DNA of 63,525 nucleotides, filler included, from Trichosphaerium sp. ATCC 40318 (taxonomy: Eukaryota; Protista; Tubulinea), in assembly GCA_038496445.1 (NCBI GenBank). It is 4 parts of 4 records of this genome, joined end to end, with 100 filler letters (N's around TTAATTAATTAA, not from the genome) between each part and the next. Parts side by side here need not be neighbours in the genome. Positions count along the whole stretch, not along the records: positions 21,557 to 48,504 come from JALMLS010000560.1; 3 more parts are not named here. One strand, given 5' to 3'. The notes beneath the pieces are model-generated. The model ran no database searches and was not told the DNA's origin. It saw nothing but the letters and a program-made list of their open reading frames with translations. Positions 29,001 through 46,300 of this stretch are shown here, one piece after another; the stretch's first letter is position 1; the number at the start of each line of letters is the position of its first letter. A program made the translations under genes and the position numbers.

Positions 29001-30164
29001 GCAATTTCTTAGCAACAAAATCCCTTGCTTGCTGACTTGATAAAACATCCCAAACGCCATCACATGCAAGCAATATAAATTCATCCCTACGCACAGGGCG
29101 ATTAGAACAAGTATAAACTAAATATAACGTACTTGTTCGATAAATAACGCCTTTGAACTACAGGTTCGCTGCTAACAAGACAGTTTGATGCTCTACGCCA
29201 TTATTACCACAGCTTGTAACGAGTAAAGCTACTTACTTATTTAAATCTTTGTTCTTGAAAAATGCGTCGCCCAAGGAACGAGAAACGCCCAGTAATCCCA
29301 AAACTCTTCCACTTTTGGTAACAAAACCACCTACGCCGCAATTAAGCATTCATTACCTATTAACGGTGTGCTATAACAATACAAACCTTCTTTTATGATT
29401 CGCTTTGATTCAAACTCTGCACTTGGTTTCTGGTCTACACTAAGGTCTATTGCCTCACCGTTACGAGATAAAATCGCTCGAGAATCTCCTAAATTGATGG
29501 TATATAGTACATTATCTAGTGAAGTGTTAGTAACGCTAGGAATGATAAGTTACAGTGGTGACGCACCTATCATGAATACAGAAATCGCTGTACAGCCATC
29601 TTCTACCTCTTCTTCGTCTCGAAATGAGGAGAGGAATTGCTGATCAGTGGCAACTAATGCGTCACGCAACTTTCGAGATGTGTTTACTTCCAAATCGTCC
29701 TATACACGATTAGTTCGCGTAAAGGTGCGAGTGTATATGTCATCGCACCATTTTGACAATATTTTGGATCAAGCGCTTCTCAGCAAACCTAAATTTATCA
29801 GAGGGCTCGAACAATCGACACGTTACAAAGCGTGGGTGCTATAGCAAAGCACAACATCGCCAAATATTGTTTTCAGGTAGCTTGATAATACAACAAACGC
29901 ACAGTGCCGCGCGATCTCCTGTGTGGCCATCGAATACTGCAAAGAAAGCGGTCCTTTTCTTGTGCAGGGGATGACCGTCTTTAAAGTGTTCCACCAGAGA
30001 TGGGTGCAAAGCGTGGGCATCTTCCATCGATTTACGCCTTCCTTGCAAACCTGCAACGCCAGCACTAAAAAAACCAATTACACTTTTCCTTTTGCGCAAC
30101 GCGATTGTATTGGCGCTATTCAAGACGCAAAACCACAAACGTACAGTAAAAACTCTTTCGACAT
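26009..30164 (-). CDS. PP2C phosphatase - REM/RasGEF - RGS multidomain protein
   Basis: PP2C: QGRRKSMEDAH, FFAVFDGHTG, NLGDSRA, LGVSRSLGD, ILLACDGVWD, GSTDNVS. REM: FLLTYKYFMT. CDC25: QMTLID, WVTSEVL, NNFEG, INWTK. RGS: FKQFLTKINKEEQLMFY..KIFQRYID. The linker exons splice in frame. Confidence 0.75.
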
Positions 30165-30308
30165 TGTTAGTCTTAATTTGGCGCTTCAACGTTTTCAGCT
30201 ACTACTATGTATGGGGTGTACGCACAGACCACTTTTAATTAAAACTAGACTAAAGTCTTTAAGCTTCTCTTTAGGAATTTTTTTATTTTGTGTCACCAGC
30301 AATACGCT

Positions 30309-30924
30309 TTACTTCTTTTGGCTAGCTTTTGTCATAAAACGCTTTTCATCGAGTACTACACGGTCATGCTTGCCTTTTATTGTTTTTTCTTATGTTAGTA
30401 CACTTTGCGTAACTTATATTACGACAATACATACCTTCACCGATCTTTTCCTTGTCGTCATGAGCCTCAACGTCGAAGCTAATTTTACGTCCTGAATAAG
30501 TTGTCAAAATAACAATAATTTTTTTGATTTTATTTTGCAACGCGTATAAAAATAACAACGTACCATTTACAGCTGTTACAGTAGCTGTGGCGGTGACAGT
30601 TAAACCAACTGGTGTAGGTGCCCAATGTTTCGTGTTGACACTTGTCCCTACTGATGTTTCTTCCGCAGTTAAATGTTTTGACAGGCAATCAACAGCGGCA
30701 GCTCAAAATTTTTTTAGTCTACAATCATTGTTTGGCACTTATTACCTTCCATTACACAGACCATCATAGGTGTTGCGAATACCTGCTATAATTTAACAGT
30801 CAAACGCGTTTTAGTGGCTTACTTCAACAGAACCACTCCCCATGTGCTTTGCAGTATGCTCTGCACCCACTTTTAAAGTGTACGTGCCTTTTTGACCAAC
30901 TAAAGTCGCATATTTTTCGCTCAT
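30309..30924 (-). CDS. Fluoroacetyl-CoA thioesterase (FlK)-like hotdog-fold thioesterase, 5 exons
   Basis: Spliced: TAKHMGSGSVEVFATPMMVCVMEAAAVDCL...TSVGTSVNTKHWAPTPVGLTV...GRKISFDVEAHDDKEKIGEGKHDRVVLDEKRF. Confidence 0.85.
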
Positions 30925-31117
30925 ACTACCGCCATTAACTTGGAATATATCGTGGACGTACACTGCTGTCACTGTTTTAATACGAGATTTTTTTTGACGT
31001 TTAAGTGTAACTTACCAAGTTTTTTTTGCTGACGTCGACCATATTATTCGGTGTCTGGAATACAGTGTAACGCACGGCTAGTAATTTAATATTTGCAACG
31101 TTGTAATTTCGTGAGAC

Positions 31118-34100
31118 ATGGACGACCATAAGAAACAAGAGGAGAATGAATATTTGCCTCTCCAAGACATTGACAAGGGCCAAGTATTGCAAGAAACGAA
31201 GATATTTAGCCATGCACCAAAAACCAAGAGATCTTACCACCTGTTGACCAAAATACTGTATTTGATTGTCCAAGGTAATATTCTCACTACCAAGGAAGCC
31301 ACAGATGTGTTTTTCGCCGTTACAAAGCTATTTCAAGCGAAAGATGTACGCCGACGCTTCAAAGTACGCGTTTTACTTACTATAGTAAGGTACAACTTCG
31401 CAGGATGGTATACATGGTCCTTAAAGAGTTGACGGGTATAGCTGAAGACACCATCATGGCTACCGCGTCACTTTGTAAGGATATAAACTCCAAGGTCGAT
31501 TCCTACAAGGCAAATGCCATCCGAGTCATAAGCAGAATAATTGACGTCAGTTCAACATTTCATTTTATTATCCACTCACACTCACGTAGCCTACCATGCT
31601 CGGTCAAATTGAGCGGTATTTAAAACAAGCAATAGTTGACAAGGATCCATACGTATCTAGCGCTGCTTTAGTATCTGGTTTTCATTTAATGAGTGCGTTC
31701 GCAACCCCTTACACTAGGTAGTATGTGCGCTTTGTTGACATGTTTAGGCTCAAGCGGTGATGTGGTGAGACGGTGGATTGGTGAAGTACAAGAAGCCATG
31801 AACTCTAGGTTGGTGATCACATTAGAAACATTTTTTATTAATTTATTCACCCATAGATCTGTAATGGTTCAATATCATGCGTTGGGATTACTACATAGAA
31901 TACGCAGAAAAGATAAACACGCTATTGTAAAATTGGTAGCATCTTTAACTCGGTACTTGGCTGTTGTTACTTATTTGGTTTTTTTTTTTGGTTGAATGAA
32001 AAAAACATTACACAGCGTTATTATTTGCTCATACTATCTATAGTGGAACCTCTATTCGATCGCAATTTGCCAACTGCTTATTGATCAGATTTGTTGTACA
32101 GGTTATCGAGAGCTCAACCCAAGGGTAAGTGCAGTTCGTTTTCATGAATGGTCTTTGCTAATTACTTTGTTTAGACCACATGTCGCTCAATTATACGAAT
32201 ATTTGGAAAGCTGTCTACGACACAAGAGTGAGATTGTAGTGTATGAAGCAGCACGAGCTATTTGCAACTTAAAAGACATTGAAGTCAGGAACTTATCTCC
32301 AGCTGTTACCGTTTTGCAGGTATGATGTGCTCTTGAATTCATTTGTACACCTCTTGTTAAGTACGTTATAGTTATTTTTGAGCTCTCCTAAAACGACAAT
32401 ACGATTCGCTGCAGTTAGAACTCTCAACACTGTCGCCACAACTCATCCACACTTGGTTGCTAGGTACTGTGATAATCCTCTCATTCACTTGCTAATAATT
32501 CACTATAGACAATGCAGCTTTGAAATGGAAAATCTTATTTCTGATGTAAACAGATCTATCGCAACCCTTGCTATTACAACACTCTTAAAGGTGAGTAAAT
32601 TTCTTATATATCGAAAGTATAAACCTTATACTTACAACCATTAACAGGTCGAAGCTGAAAGTAGCATTGACAGACTCCTTAAACAAATTGCAACATTTAT
32701 TAATGAAATTTCAGATGAATTTAAGATTGTAGTTGTTGATGCCATCAGAACGTTGGCTCTTAAATTCAAACAACGGCATTATAGTATAATGGCTTTCTTA
32801 GCAAATATGCTACGTGATGAGGTACATGAAATCATTGATCTCAACTACTGACACACTCAGGGCGGTTTCACATACAAGAGAGCTATAGTTGACACAATAC
32901 TTATTATAATTGCCGAAATTCCAGACTCTAAAGAAACTGGTACGCTCGTTACAGTGAAGATAGTACTTATACTCATCTAGGATTATCTCATTTGTGCGAA
33001 TTTATTGAGGATTGCGAGTATCCTTACCTCTCATCTAAAATCCTTCACTTGCTTGGTAAAGAAGGAGCAAAGACTTCTTCTCCAGCAAAATACATTAGAT
33101 ATATCTACAACAGGTACCTCCTACCCTTTGTTTATGCTACCAAGTGCTTACAGTTATATAGAATTATTTTGGAAGGTCCTACAGTGCGTGCCTCGGCAGT
33201 AAGCGCCCTTGCCAAGTTCGGTATCAATCACGAAGCTCTACGCACTAAAGTTATTATTGTACTGAAGAGGTACGTTAATTATTGTTTCAGAAAGTTAGAT
33301 TTACTTTTATGTCAAGGTGTTTATTGGATACAGATGATGAAGTCCGCGATCGAACAACATTTTATTTAAGTATCCTAGAAGACCACAAGAGCGCTAAAGC
33401 GCTTCTTGTTGAAGGTATGTTTTTATCGCTTGTTAAACCGTATTAAACTATGAGCGTAGATCTTGGCGTACCTCTCACCAATATGGAACTCAGTCTACGT
33501 GAGTATTTGGATGTAGGAGCAAAGACAGAGCGGTGGTCAATTGAAAACGTTCCTGCTATTCGTACGTAGCTTACTTTTCAGGTAATATCTAACTGGTCTA
33601 CAGCACTACCAGAACCAAAGCCAGCCACAAGTACAAAGCCAAAGCCAGGGCAAAGAGCACAACCAGTTGTCATCCCAGCACCAGCACCATCTGTATGTTC
33701 GTTTTATGTTGGTAATACTAATCTAATAATTAGCTATCCCAATTTTCAGGTCTGGGACCACTATTTAGATCCACAGAAGCTGTAAGTTTGTTTAAGTTGG
33801 TAGTATTGTTCTGACTGTTACAGGTTGCATTGACTGAACTGGAAACAGAATACGTTGTACACTACACTAAGCATTTATTCCAATCTGGCTATGTTGTATT
33901 GCAGGTATTGTTACGACAAACTGTTGGAGAATTTTAATCTAACAACTTTGTAGTTTGATTGTAAAAATACTCTTGAAGAGCAATTGTTGGAGAATGTTAC
34001 AGTCGATGTTGTATCAACTGGGGCAAACGATTTTGTGTACGATATGATTGCTAAAAAATTGTCACTAACTGACGTCTGTAGTGTTGAATCTACTGTAAAC

Positions 34101-34805
34101 GCACCTTCAATTGGATTTGACGAAACAAAACAAATTCTTGTTAAAGTTAAAATGAACGTACCAGCTACATCAATGCCATTTGGTACTTTCACTGCTACCC
34201 TAAAATTCACTACCAAAGATGTTGATGTTGATACTGTGCGTAGAGTATTTGTTTTATAAGAGCGCAGCTAATAAGTCTATGTAGGGCATGCCAGATGATG
34301 ATTCTGGTTATCAAGATGATTACCAACTTGAGAACGTAGAAATTCGTTTGAATGATTACATTCAAGGTTGTATTGTTCCAAACTTCAAGCCAGTATGGGA
34401 TAGCCTACAAGGTAGCGATGGTGTCGCTGGATTTAAACTGGCAACATTACATACTTGTCAAGGTAAGTTCAAACAGTTCTTTGTGAGAAGGCTACCGCTT
34501 ACATTTTTTGTACAGCTGCTGTGAAGCAATTGATAACGTTTTGGGGTATGCAAGCTTGTGAACGTAGTGATCAAGTTCCATCTGGCAAAAAAAATCACAC
34601 GTTGTTCTTTGCCGGTAAACATGTTAGTGGCGTACAGTTGTTGGCTGTTGCTCGTATGAAGGTTGCTCCTAATGGTACTAACTAATCACTTATTGTGTGC
34701 ACTCTTCTTACTTTTTTTGTAGGTGCTGGTATGCTCATCAAGCTTATGGTTCGTTCCGAAGATCCGGAATTGAATAAGATAATTGCCGAGGCTTTATACG
34801 CTTAA
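31118..34805 (+). CDS. COPG: Coatomer subunit gamma
   Basis: [69 protein letters not shown]. Confidence 0.95.
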
Positions 34806-35076
34806 AACTGGTAAATTTTTACCCCTAGTTGTACTTCAAAAAAAAAAATAAACAGTTTACTACATACGTTATTAACAACATGGGGATCATTCGACAATTG
34901 ATTTAGTTTGTTTACAAAGGGTTGATTGATGAGATTGCGGTTAGTTTTCGACATGGTTGTTGCAAAGACACTATGCTCTACATTCAACTACAGTCATACC
35001 AATTCCGTGTTAAGTAACAGTACAGCACAACACCATTTTGTAAGTTTGACAAATCTGTTTTCGCCCAAGCAGCATC

Positions 35077-36597
35077 ATGGTACTACGATTTTGGTGGTTC
35101 TTCGCTAGTGATGCTGACATTGACGCTAGGATAACGACGTAATTGAAGATTTTATTGCCGGAAAGAACACAGCTACCATGGTTAATGTTGCTGCTCTTGA
35201 TGGACCACGTAAACGGAAATATCTGTTGGAAGGGGACAGAGAAGTGGACAGTGGCGCCCCTGCGCAGTTTAAACTCAAGTGCCTAGGCGTGTAGACCTAT
35301 CCCTTTCCGTTTTAATATCAAAATAGACGAATTTGACGAGCGTGTTACAATAGCGGATAACGCAGTAAAAGTACGGTTCGAGGGCGAAGGCATGCAAACC
35401 GTAATGCCACGAGGTATGCACTTGCACCAACAAAGATCTGAATGATAACAAACGCGTCCTAGTTACGGATAGTGGCGTAGGATCACTACAATTCGAAGTT
35501 TTACCATTTAAAGCTGGCAGATACACTTTAACTGTCAACTTTGAGGTAAATTGAACAAAACTAACTAATGCAATGACTGTATGAAATAGGGGAATGATTT
35601 ATTTACAGAAACAGTTCGTGCTGTCAAAAAGGTTTCTTCAAGGAATTCCAACTTGACATTCAGAACAAAGATAAAACTCAAAGGCGCTGGATTATTGGGT
35701 GGTCCAACTGGTAGGTCTTTAAGTTGTTCTATACCTTTGATTCTAATTCATATTTTATAGGTCAGGCTACTGACTTTACTGTCACAGCAGTAGATGCTGA
35801 TGATGGACGACCAACACCTCTATTAGATAGTGATCTAAAGATCACTATCCGCGCAGATGGTATTGTAGTGCTTAGTCAGTACCGGTTATTTTACTTACTC
35901 TTTGTAGGACAAGGTACCTTCAACTACACGTTGAAGAGAGTGGATGCATCGTCAGTCAGATGCTGCTACTTTGTGCGCTAATGTCTCATTCTGAGCGCTT
36001 TCTTATGCGATAATTTTAGCCAGAAAAGTCTGGAGGTTACAATATCGAAGTAATATACAAGGACAAACCAGTATTGCGTAGGCCACAACGCGCAAAATTT
36101 TCTGGGAGTACGAAGTGTTATTTGGTTTTATATCTAATATTCGCGCTTGTAGAGGCTGCTGCCGACCAATCTACAGTGAATATGCCTGTAGCAATTGTAC
36201 CTGCAGGTATACCAGCTAAGTTTAAAGTACGTTTAGTTACATGTAGTTAAAATGTACTGATTGCTTTAGATTGCTGCCAAGGATAGTCAAGGATTTCCTT
36301 GCGGACAGGGTGGAGACAACTTCGCTATCTCCAGTACGTGTTTTCTTTTCTGGTACGTGGGTTGTTTTGACATAGAGCGTAGTTGGTGGACCTGAGGGAG
36401 AATTTGAAAGACCTGAGATTGTGGACGCAGAAAATGGCACTTATCCGTGCTCTATTGTTCTAACTCAACCAAACGAGAATTATGATATTAGTGTTTACTT
36501 GAATGGAGTTGGTACGTACAATTGAGTTGTTTTTCGCTGACGTAGTGTAGAAATAAGGAACAGTCCGCTTAAAATTCAAACGACAGATCGTCGTTAA
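35077..36597 (+). CDS. Filamin/ABP280 Ig-repeat protein
   Basis: Repeats DSGVGSLQFEVLPFKAGRYTLTV, GAGLLGGPTGQATDFTVTAVD, DAENGTYPCS...IRNSPLKI. Confidence 0.7.
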
Positions 36598-36709
36598 TAT
36601 TTGTACTTATTGCATTGAATAAACAGCCATAACTTATGCCTTGTGACTTAACCTTTTTTTAAAAAAAATTGATCGTTGGCGCCAAAAACTTCAAAATTTT
36701 GCAGGAGCT

Positions 36710-40185
<3,476 letters not shown>

Positions 40186-40581
40186 TTAGCTTTGTATGAA
40201 TCTGAGCGAATGTAAATAAAATAGTTTAGCTTTTAATTGCTGTCTGTACATGTGCAATGCTTTTCAACTGATTTTTTGTGCTTTCTACGTGACGTTTCTG
40301 TTTTTGCTGAAATTGGCAAAACCCTCGTGGTCCACCGACAAGTCGGTATCGCAAGCGTTGTGAACGTCGAGAGGCAGAGGTCAAGGACTTACAACTCATC
40401 ATTGTTGACGGAAATGTGTTGCCCTGGTAAAATAGCAAAAAAGAATATGACACAATTTATTGTGGAGTACTATTCTTACCACAACACATTTGTTGCATTG
40501 AGGCCGATGACTTAATGTCTTTAAAGAAGACTAAGTTAAGGCCGTTTCACTACTTGAATTTTCACGGGCGTTTGGAACAAC

Positions 40582-42150
40582 ATGAAATTGGTTTCAGTAG
40601 AGCAAGCTATCGCGTACTATTGTAATAACTATGCAGAAGAGTTTGGCGTAATAATTACAAAACAACGAGAAGTATTCATAAAGCAACTTGAAAGTATCTT
40701 AAACGTTGCAAATGCGAGACTTGTACAACAACTAGAAGAATACCTCTTTAAAAACATAGATACAGAAGTTAATGCAACCAAACGCCACAAAGAACAGTCT
40801 GGTAACCATAGCTTACCAGAACAAGTGCACACAAGACAATCTGAGGGCATACATGCACCAAAACTAAAACAAGCAAGAGGGTACGTATGACCTGTTCTCA
40901 AGTAGAGGCTACTAACAACGAGGCAACCATAAAGGTCACAGACACAGACAACAACATGCACACAGCATAATATTGTCAAGTTTCCTCCAGAGGTTATTGC
41001 AACTATTCTGAATCATACAGATGCAAAATCAAGGTTCAGTGTTGCTCAATCGTGTCATTTGATGGCTGACATTATCCACCAAGTGGTTGGATACAAAAAG
41101 ATATATATCTATGACATTCCAGATATCCTAAAGATAAGACAGTACAAAGGCATAATGAATAACAGTACAGTCATTATGGAAGTTAAAAACAATACTCTGT
41201 ATTCATTGTTATCTGGATGCCGCCACATAGCTACAGGGCACTTGAGAATTGTATCCCGTGACAATAATGTTATTAATGATAACGATCTTAAGGCACTCTC
41301 TGGAGTTCATTCCATTCGTCTTGCAGATTGTAAAAATATAACAGATGAAGGCATCAAGTGTTTAAGAGGTGTGCACACTATTAATCTTTCTCTCACTGCA
41401 GCAACAGATGAAAGCATCAAAGAGCTGGAGGGTGTTCATGATATAAGCCTTTTTGGATGTAACGTAACAGATGAAGGCCTTAAATCACTCAAAGGTGTCC
41501 ATACAATTGATCTTATGGATTGTACACAAGTGACAGATGAAGGCCTAAAGTATTTAAATGGCGTTCATACCATTGACCTTGCTTACACAAATATAACAGA
41601 TGAAGGTATCAAAGCTTTAAAAGGTGTCCACAGTATAGACCTCCAGAATACATCAGTGACAGATGAAGGTATCAAATCGCTAAAGGGTGTTCATACTATA
41701 CACCTCCAAAATACATCAGTGACAGATGAAGGTATAAAAACTCTGGCAGGTGTTCATGTTATACATCTTGGAGATCCAGCTGTTACAGATGAAGGAGTTA
41801 AAGCACTTGCAGGTGTTTATGCCATTGACCTTTCTCGCACTTTAGTGACAGATGAGGGCATCAAAGCACTCGCCGGAGTTTATGCCATCAACCTTGATAG
41901 CACGTCTGTTACAGGTGAAGGTATTGAGGCAATTGCCGGGGTACATACTATTGGCCTTAATGATTGTGAAGACGTGACTCATGCAAAAATTACTGAATTG
42001 TTTTATAAAGGTGTTTTTTCTTTTGCTGACATGACCCATATCTATGCAAGATGTTATAAAGACTTACAAGGCGTTAGTATTGTTCATTATGATCACTTGT
42101 TTATACATTGTTGTTTGAAGCAGTCGTACAAGGGAGTACCATGCCTATAA
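40582..42150 (+). CDS. F-box plus 22-24 aa leucine-rich repeat protein (GVHTIDL..TDEG.K.L repeats)
   Basis: In-frame F-box IVKFPPEVIATILNHTD...VAQSCHLM upstream of ORF 41059; about 11 LRRs in one exon; the link to the 40582 exon is inferred. Confidence 0.8.
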
Positions 42151-42263
42151 TAGACAAACTAGTATCCAAAAACACGTCATTAAAAGTGATTGATTAATAC
42201 TCTGATTGTTGTAAACACTCGGTTTTTGGTGATTTATTAAACGTGATTTTGCTGTGTGAGTTA

Positions 42264-42883
42264 CTACTTCAAATCACAAATCTCTGTAGCAGTTACTCGT
42301 ACGCCATTGTTATAATTTGCAACAAGTTCACGCTTGCCGAAAAACCACTTGGAGCATTTTCCGTGACGTTTGCCATCTACGAAAGTGGCCTGCTCGAGTT
42401 TAGCCTTACTACACGCCCACTTGAAGTACTTGCCATGTATCTTATCATGGCGATAGTAGGTTTTAATAGCTATCACGCCGTTGTGGTGCCATTCTATGTA
42501 TTCTCCTTCAATGGTACCATTGACGACACTATATTCTCTCTTCAATTGGTCATTATTGTGCCACTCCTTGCACTTGCCGTTCTGGAGTCCATTTTCCCAG
42601 TGCTCTTCAGCTAATTTATTTTTTGGGAGGTTGCCCTTCCTTGGTTTAACCCATTTCCCATGCTTCTCGAGTCGTGCGCTAAATCTTGTTGTTGTTGCTG
42701 TATGTTTAGACAGCAAAGGCCATTTTAAAAAAACTGAGTTGCCCAGCTCCATCATTTCTTTGTGGAGTTCTGTAGGCAACTCTAGTACAGATATACCTTG
42801 AACGTTTGCGGTTGCCAGTACCTACTTTTTCGTTAGAATTAATTAAACAGGTAAATTAGCTTTACCCTCTTTACTGGTTTCAT
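42264..42883 (-). CDS. MORN-variant (YwqK-like) repeat protein
   Basis: WENGLQNGKCKEWHNNDQLK, GTIEGEYIEWHHNG, DGKRHGKCSKW repeats; one short 5' intron. Confidence 0.8.
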
Positions 42884-43330
42884 TGTACGATTCGGTGTGT
42901 TATTTTGTTTTGCAAATTGAATTTTCTTCGCTTTTTTTTTATACAATCAATCAAGTCAAGCCTTAAATGGAAATTGATTGAACTCCGCTTATTCTAACCT
43001 GACCTCACATCTTTACGTTTCTTTTAGTAAATACTAGTATGCTAGCTTAAGCTTGCAAATACATGACAGGGGAATATGGTATACAGTAAAGAGCTTTTTT
43101 TTTGGAGAACCTACACAGTAATGGACAAAGTAGTCAGGTAAAAAAATAACCAAATAGCCACAAGTTATTTATTTCGTAACTCTTTTACACCAATTTTATT
43201 TTTATTTAGTTTTTTCATCTTTGTGTACAAACTGAAAGAGTTAAGCCCTATAGATAACAAGCAAGCTGGATAAAACTGAGCAAAGAAAAAAATAAGAAAA
43301 GTAGAAAACATAAACCTGGTTGACGTACGC

Positions 43331-46300
43331 TTAGGAAGCTTTTGGACCTCCACCTTTTCTTGCTTCACGCTTAATAGACAATTGATACAACTCCTTCTCT
43401 TGTAGAGTAGTTGCATTTCGCATATAATGTTGAATAATATCAACTTTAACAAAGTTAAAAGTATGCATTTGATTAAATTGAATGCCAGATATCAACGCCG
43501 AAATAAGAGTCATTTTACCAAAATGTATGTGTCCTGTAGCAGGAACAATTGTCTTTTGTGCTTCTTCAAGCATTGTAAGATCAGTAAGGTATCTCCCTAG
43601 ATAAAAAGTTAACAAAAGAAATCAGAATCAAAGTAGCTAAGCTAAATCCTTTTTTTTAAATTGCTTTTGGGTTTACGTACCAAAAAATGGCATCGCAGGT
43701 GGTTCCACTTTATCAAGTGCTTCCCTGTAGCATTTAAAATTATCATCAGTCTCAAATAAAGCTTCAATTTCTCCATAAATCTCGAAATATTCCGCTGTGA
43801 GTTGCTACAACAAACATGTAAATAAACAAAAAAACGTCAACAAAAAAGAGGTTTTCAGCCTGCTCTGTTACAAGTAACAAGTATGCAAACGTACATTCCA
43901 AGTTTCTGTAAGTCTATGTACAGATGCACATCGTAAAGCAGATAATACTTCAAAGGCACCATTAAAGTTCTGAAGCTTTACAAGCTTCTTTGACATTACA
44001 ATAATGTTCTTTAGAACAAGAGCACGTTGCTTTATATCCTCAGGGTATACAATTTCCCAAGCGAGAAAGTTTATAACCTAATACACCCAAAGTAAGTCCA
44101 GACAAGCAAGAGAAAAAAGAGAAGAGGAAATGGGTACTGGTCAGAACTAAAACAAAGTTTTTTTCGTCAAGGTTAAGAGGATGCCTCCGTGACAAAAGTA
44201 GATAGAGAAATGTTATCAACGTACATGATTTGACCATTGAATGAGGTTGTGAATATTTGCAGAAGCATCTTTATCTTTTGTCCACGTTAGCCCTACAAAA
44301 AATAGTTTAGATACACATTTAAGATTGATGTTTCCATGCTGTGAGGCATACCTAAAAGTTCATGTGGTTGGATATCTCTGAATAACTCATGCTCAACAAG
44401 TGTTAATTGCCTGGCAAACTCTGTTGGATTGAAATCTTTCATTGTCACCCTTAAAAAAACGTCAATAAAAACGCTCACTCGTTATCCTTGTTCTACAATA
44501 CATACCTACTACTCTTTGGTAACAGAGGTTTTGGTGCCTTTCTAGTTGAGTTAAGTACAACTGTGTCTCTGACAACTTGTTGCTAAACAGTTGTATAAGT
44601 GTTTAAACTAAACAGAAATAGATTTTCAAAAAATATTATGGTACTAACCCTACGAGCAATTAAGCCTAATAACTCAGCACCAGTTTCAGGAAATTGACCT
44701 TTCACTTCATTAACTAAACTAAGAAGTAATTGCTCAGCTTGTTGATTTGCTTTAAAGTCTTTATAATGTTCATCAACCCAAATACGTAGCACTTTCGAAA
44801 TCCTATTTATAAAATTAACAAAATAGAATTAACGATCTTATTTTGCTTTTCGCTAGTTATGAGCAATCGCATGGATGGCTATACTTACCTATGGCGAATA
44901 CGTGCTAAACGTCCGGATGTCCAAAACGACAATTCAACATTTTTAGGAGGTGTACTGTGCCACCTAGTAATACAAGTCAGAAAACTGAATGATCACTTCT
45001 ATTGCTCATACCGTAATGTCAACAGTTTTAGAACTTCACTTTCATTTGTAAATAATCTAAATGTAAGCAAGAATGTATTTACAAAATCGTTATCTAAATA
45101 AAGTCAGAATAAACAACAACACATAAAAACAAAAAACAAGAAAAAAACACAAACGAAACTGTTCTTTTTGTTTACCTGGATATAAATCGTATGTAAGCCG
45201 TTGAATGAGCTTAGGTAACGAAGCACTTGCAACAATTAGTTTCTCATCAGTAGTAAATACAATAGTCTCTGGAGTGTTTGTAGCTTCAAATAAATCAACG
45301 GTAGGATCATCTAATTTTTCAAACTACAAAAGACATGTGAGCACAACACCTTAAAATAGACAGTAGTATGCATACCTTTACTTTGGCAGGAATTCTTGGA
45401 GGCGCTCTATGTGTCCTTGGAGATCTCTTTGGGCGAGCTGGAACAGGCGGAGGTCTTACACCTTGAGGAGACAAAAGTGGCAAGGTAGGCACTTTTCGTG
45501 AACCTGCAAGTGTTTGCTTTGGATGTACACGCTAAAACACATTAATATTAGAAAGGCAAACTATCTCGTTATCATTACCTGCCACGGGGTCGCTCCAGAA
45601 TTACTTGTTTTTCTTGGAGGTATTGGAGCAGGTCTACGTGGTGTTGGTGCAGATTCTCGCCTTGGTCTTTTTGGACTTTGTGGTTCTGAAGGGAGAGGAG
45701 GAAGAGGAGGCTTTACTAATTGTACAGTTATTTATCGAAATATTATGAAATGATTGATTCTTTACCTCTTGGAGATGTCGTTTTTTCAGGCAGTCGAGCT
45801 GATTGTATATCCCTTCTTTTAGGAATTGGAGATGACCTAGGTGATGTAACCGGACTGAAAGCTCCTACAGAGGAAAAAAATAAGAACAAATCCAATTGAG
45901 TCGGAGTTTATAGACATACTCGGTCCTGTAGGCGAAGCTATTGAAGCTGCTACTCTGATAGGAACCTATTTATAATTATCTTACTGCAAATGCGTGCTTG
46001 ATTTAAAAGAGGTAGAAAGAAACTTACTTCAGGCTTGGTTCTTAGCTTGGCCATCTACGATTATAATATTAGTATCTTGTTATTGTCTTTGAAGCGTACA
46101 TTAATAGGTTGAACTTTTATTTGCTTTTCATTAGCAGCTAAAGAATGCATACTAGTACCAGGACCAGGAACCACATCAGTTGCATCTTCACTGAAAACTT
46201 GACTTTCAATTTCAGCTAAATGATCAGAATGATCGTCGCTTATATTTTTAAAAGACTCTTGAGGCACATTATGGCTACCAACTGTATCAATTTGAGGCGA

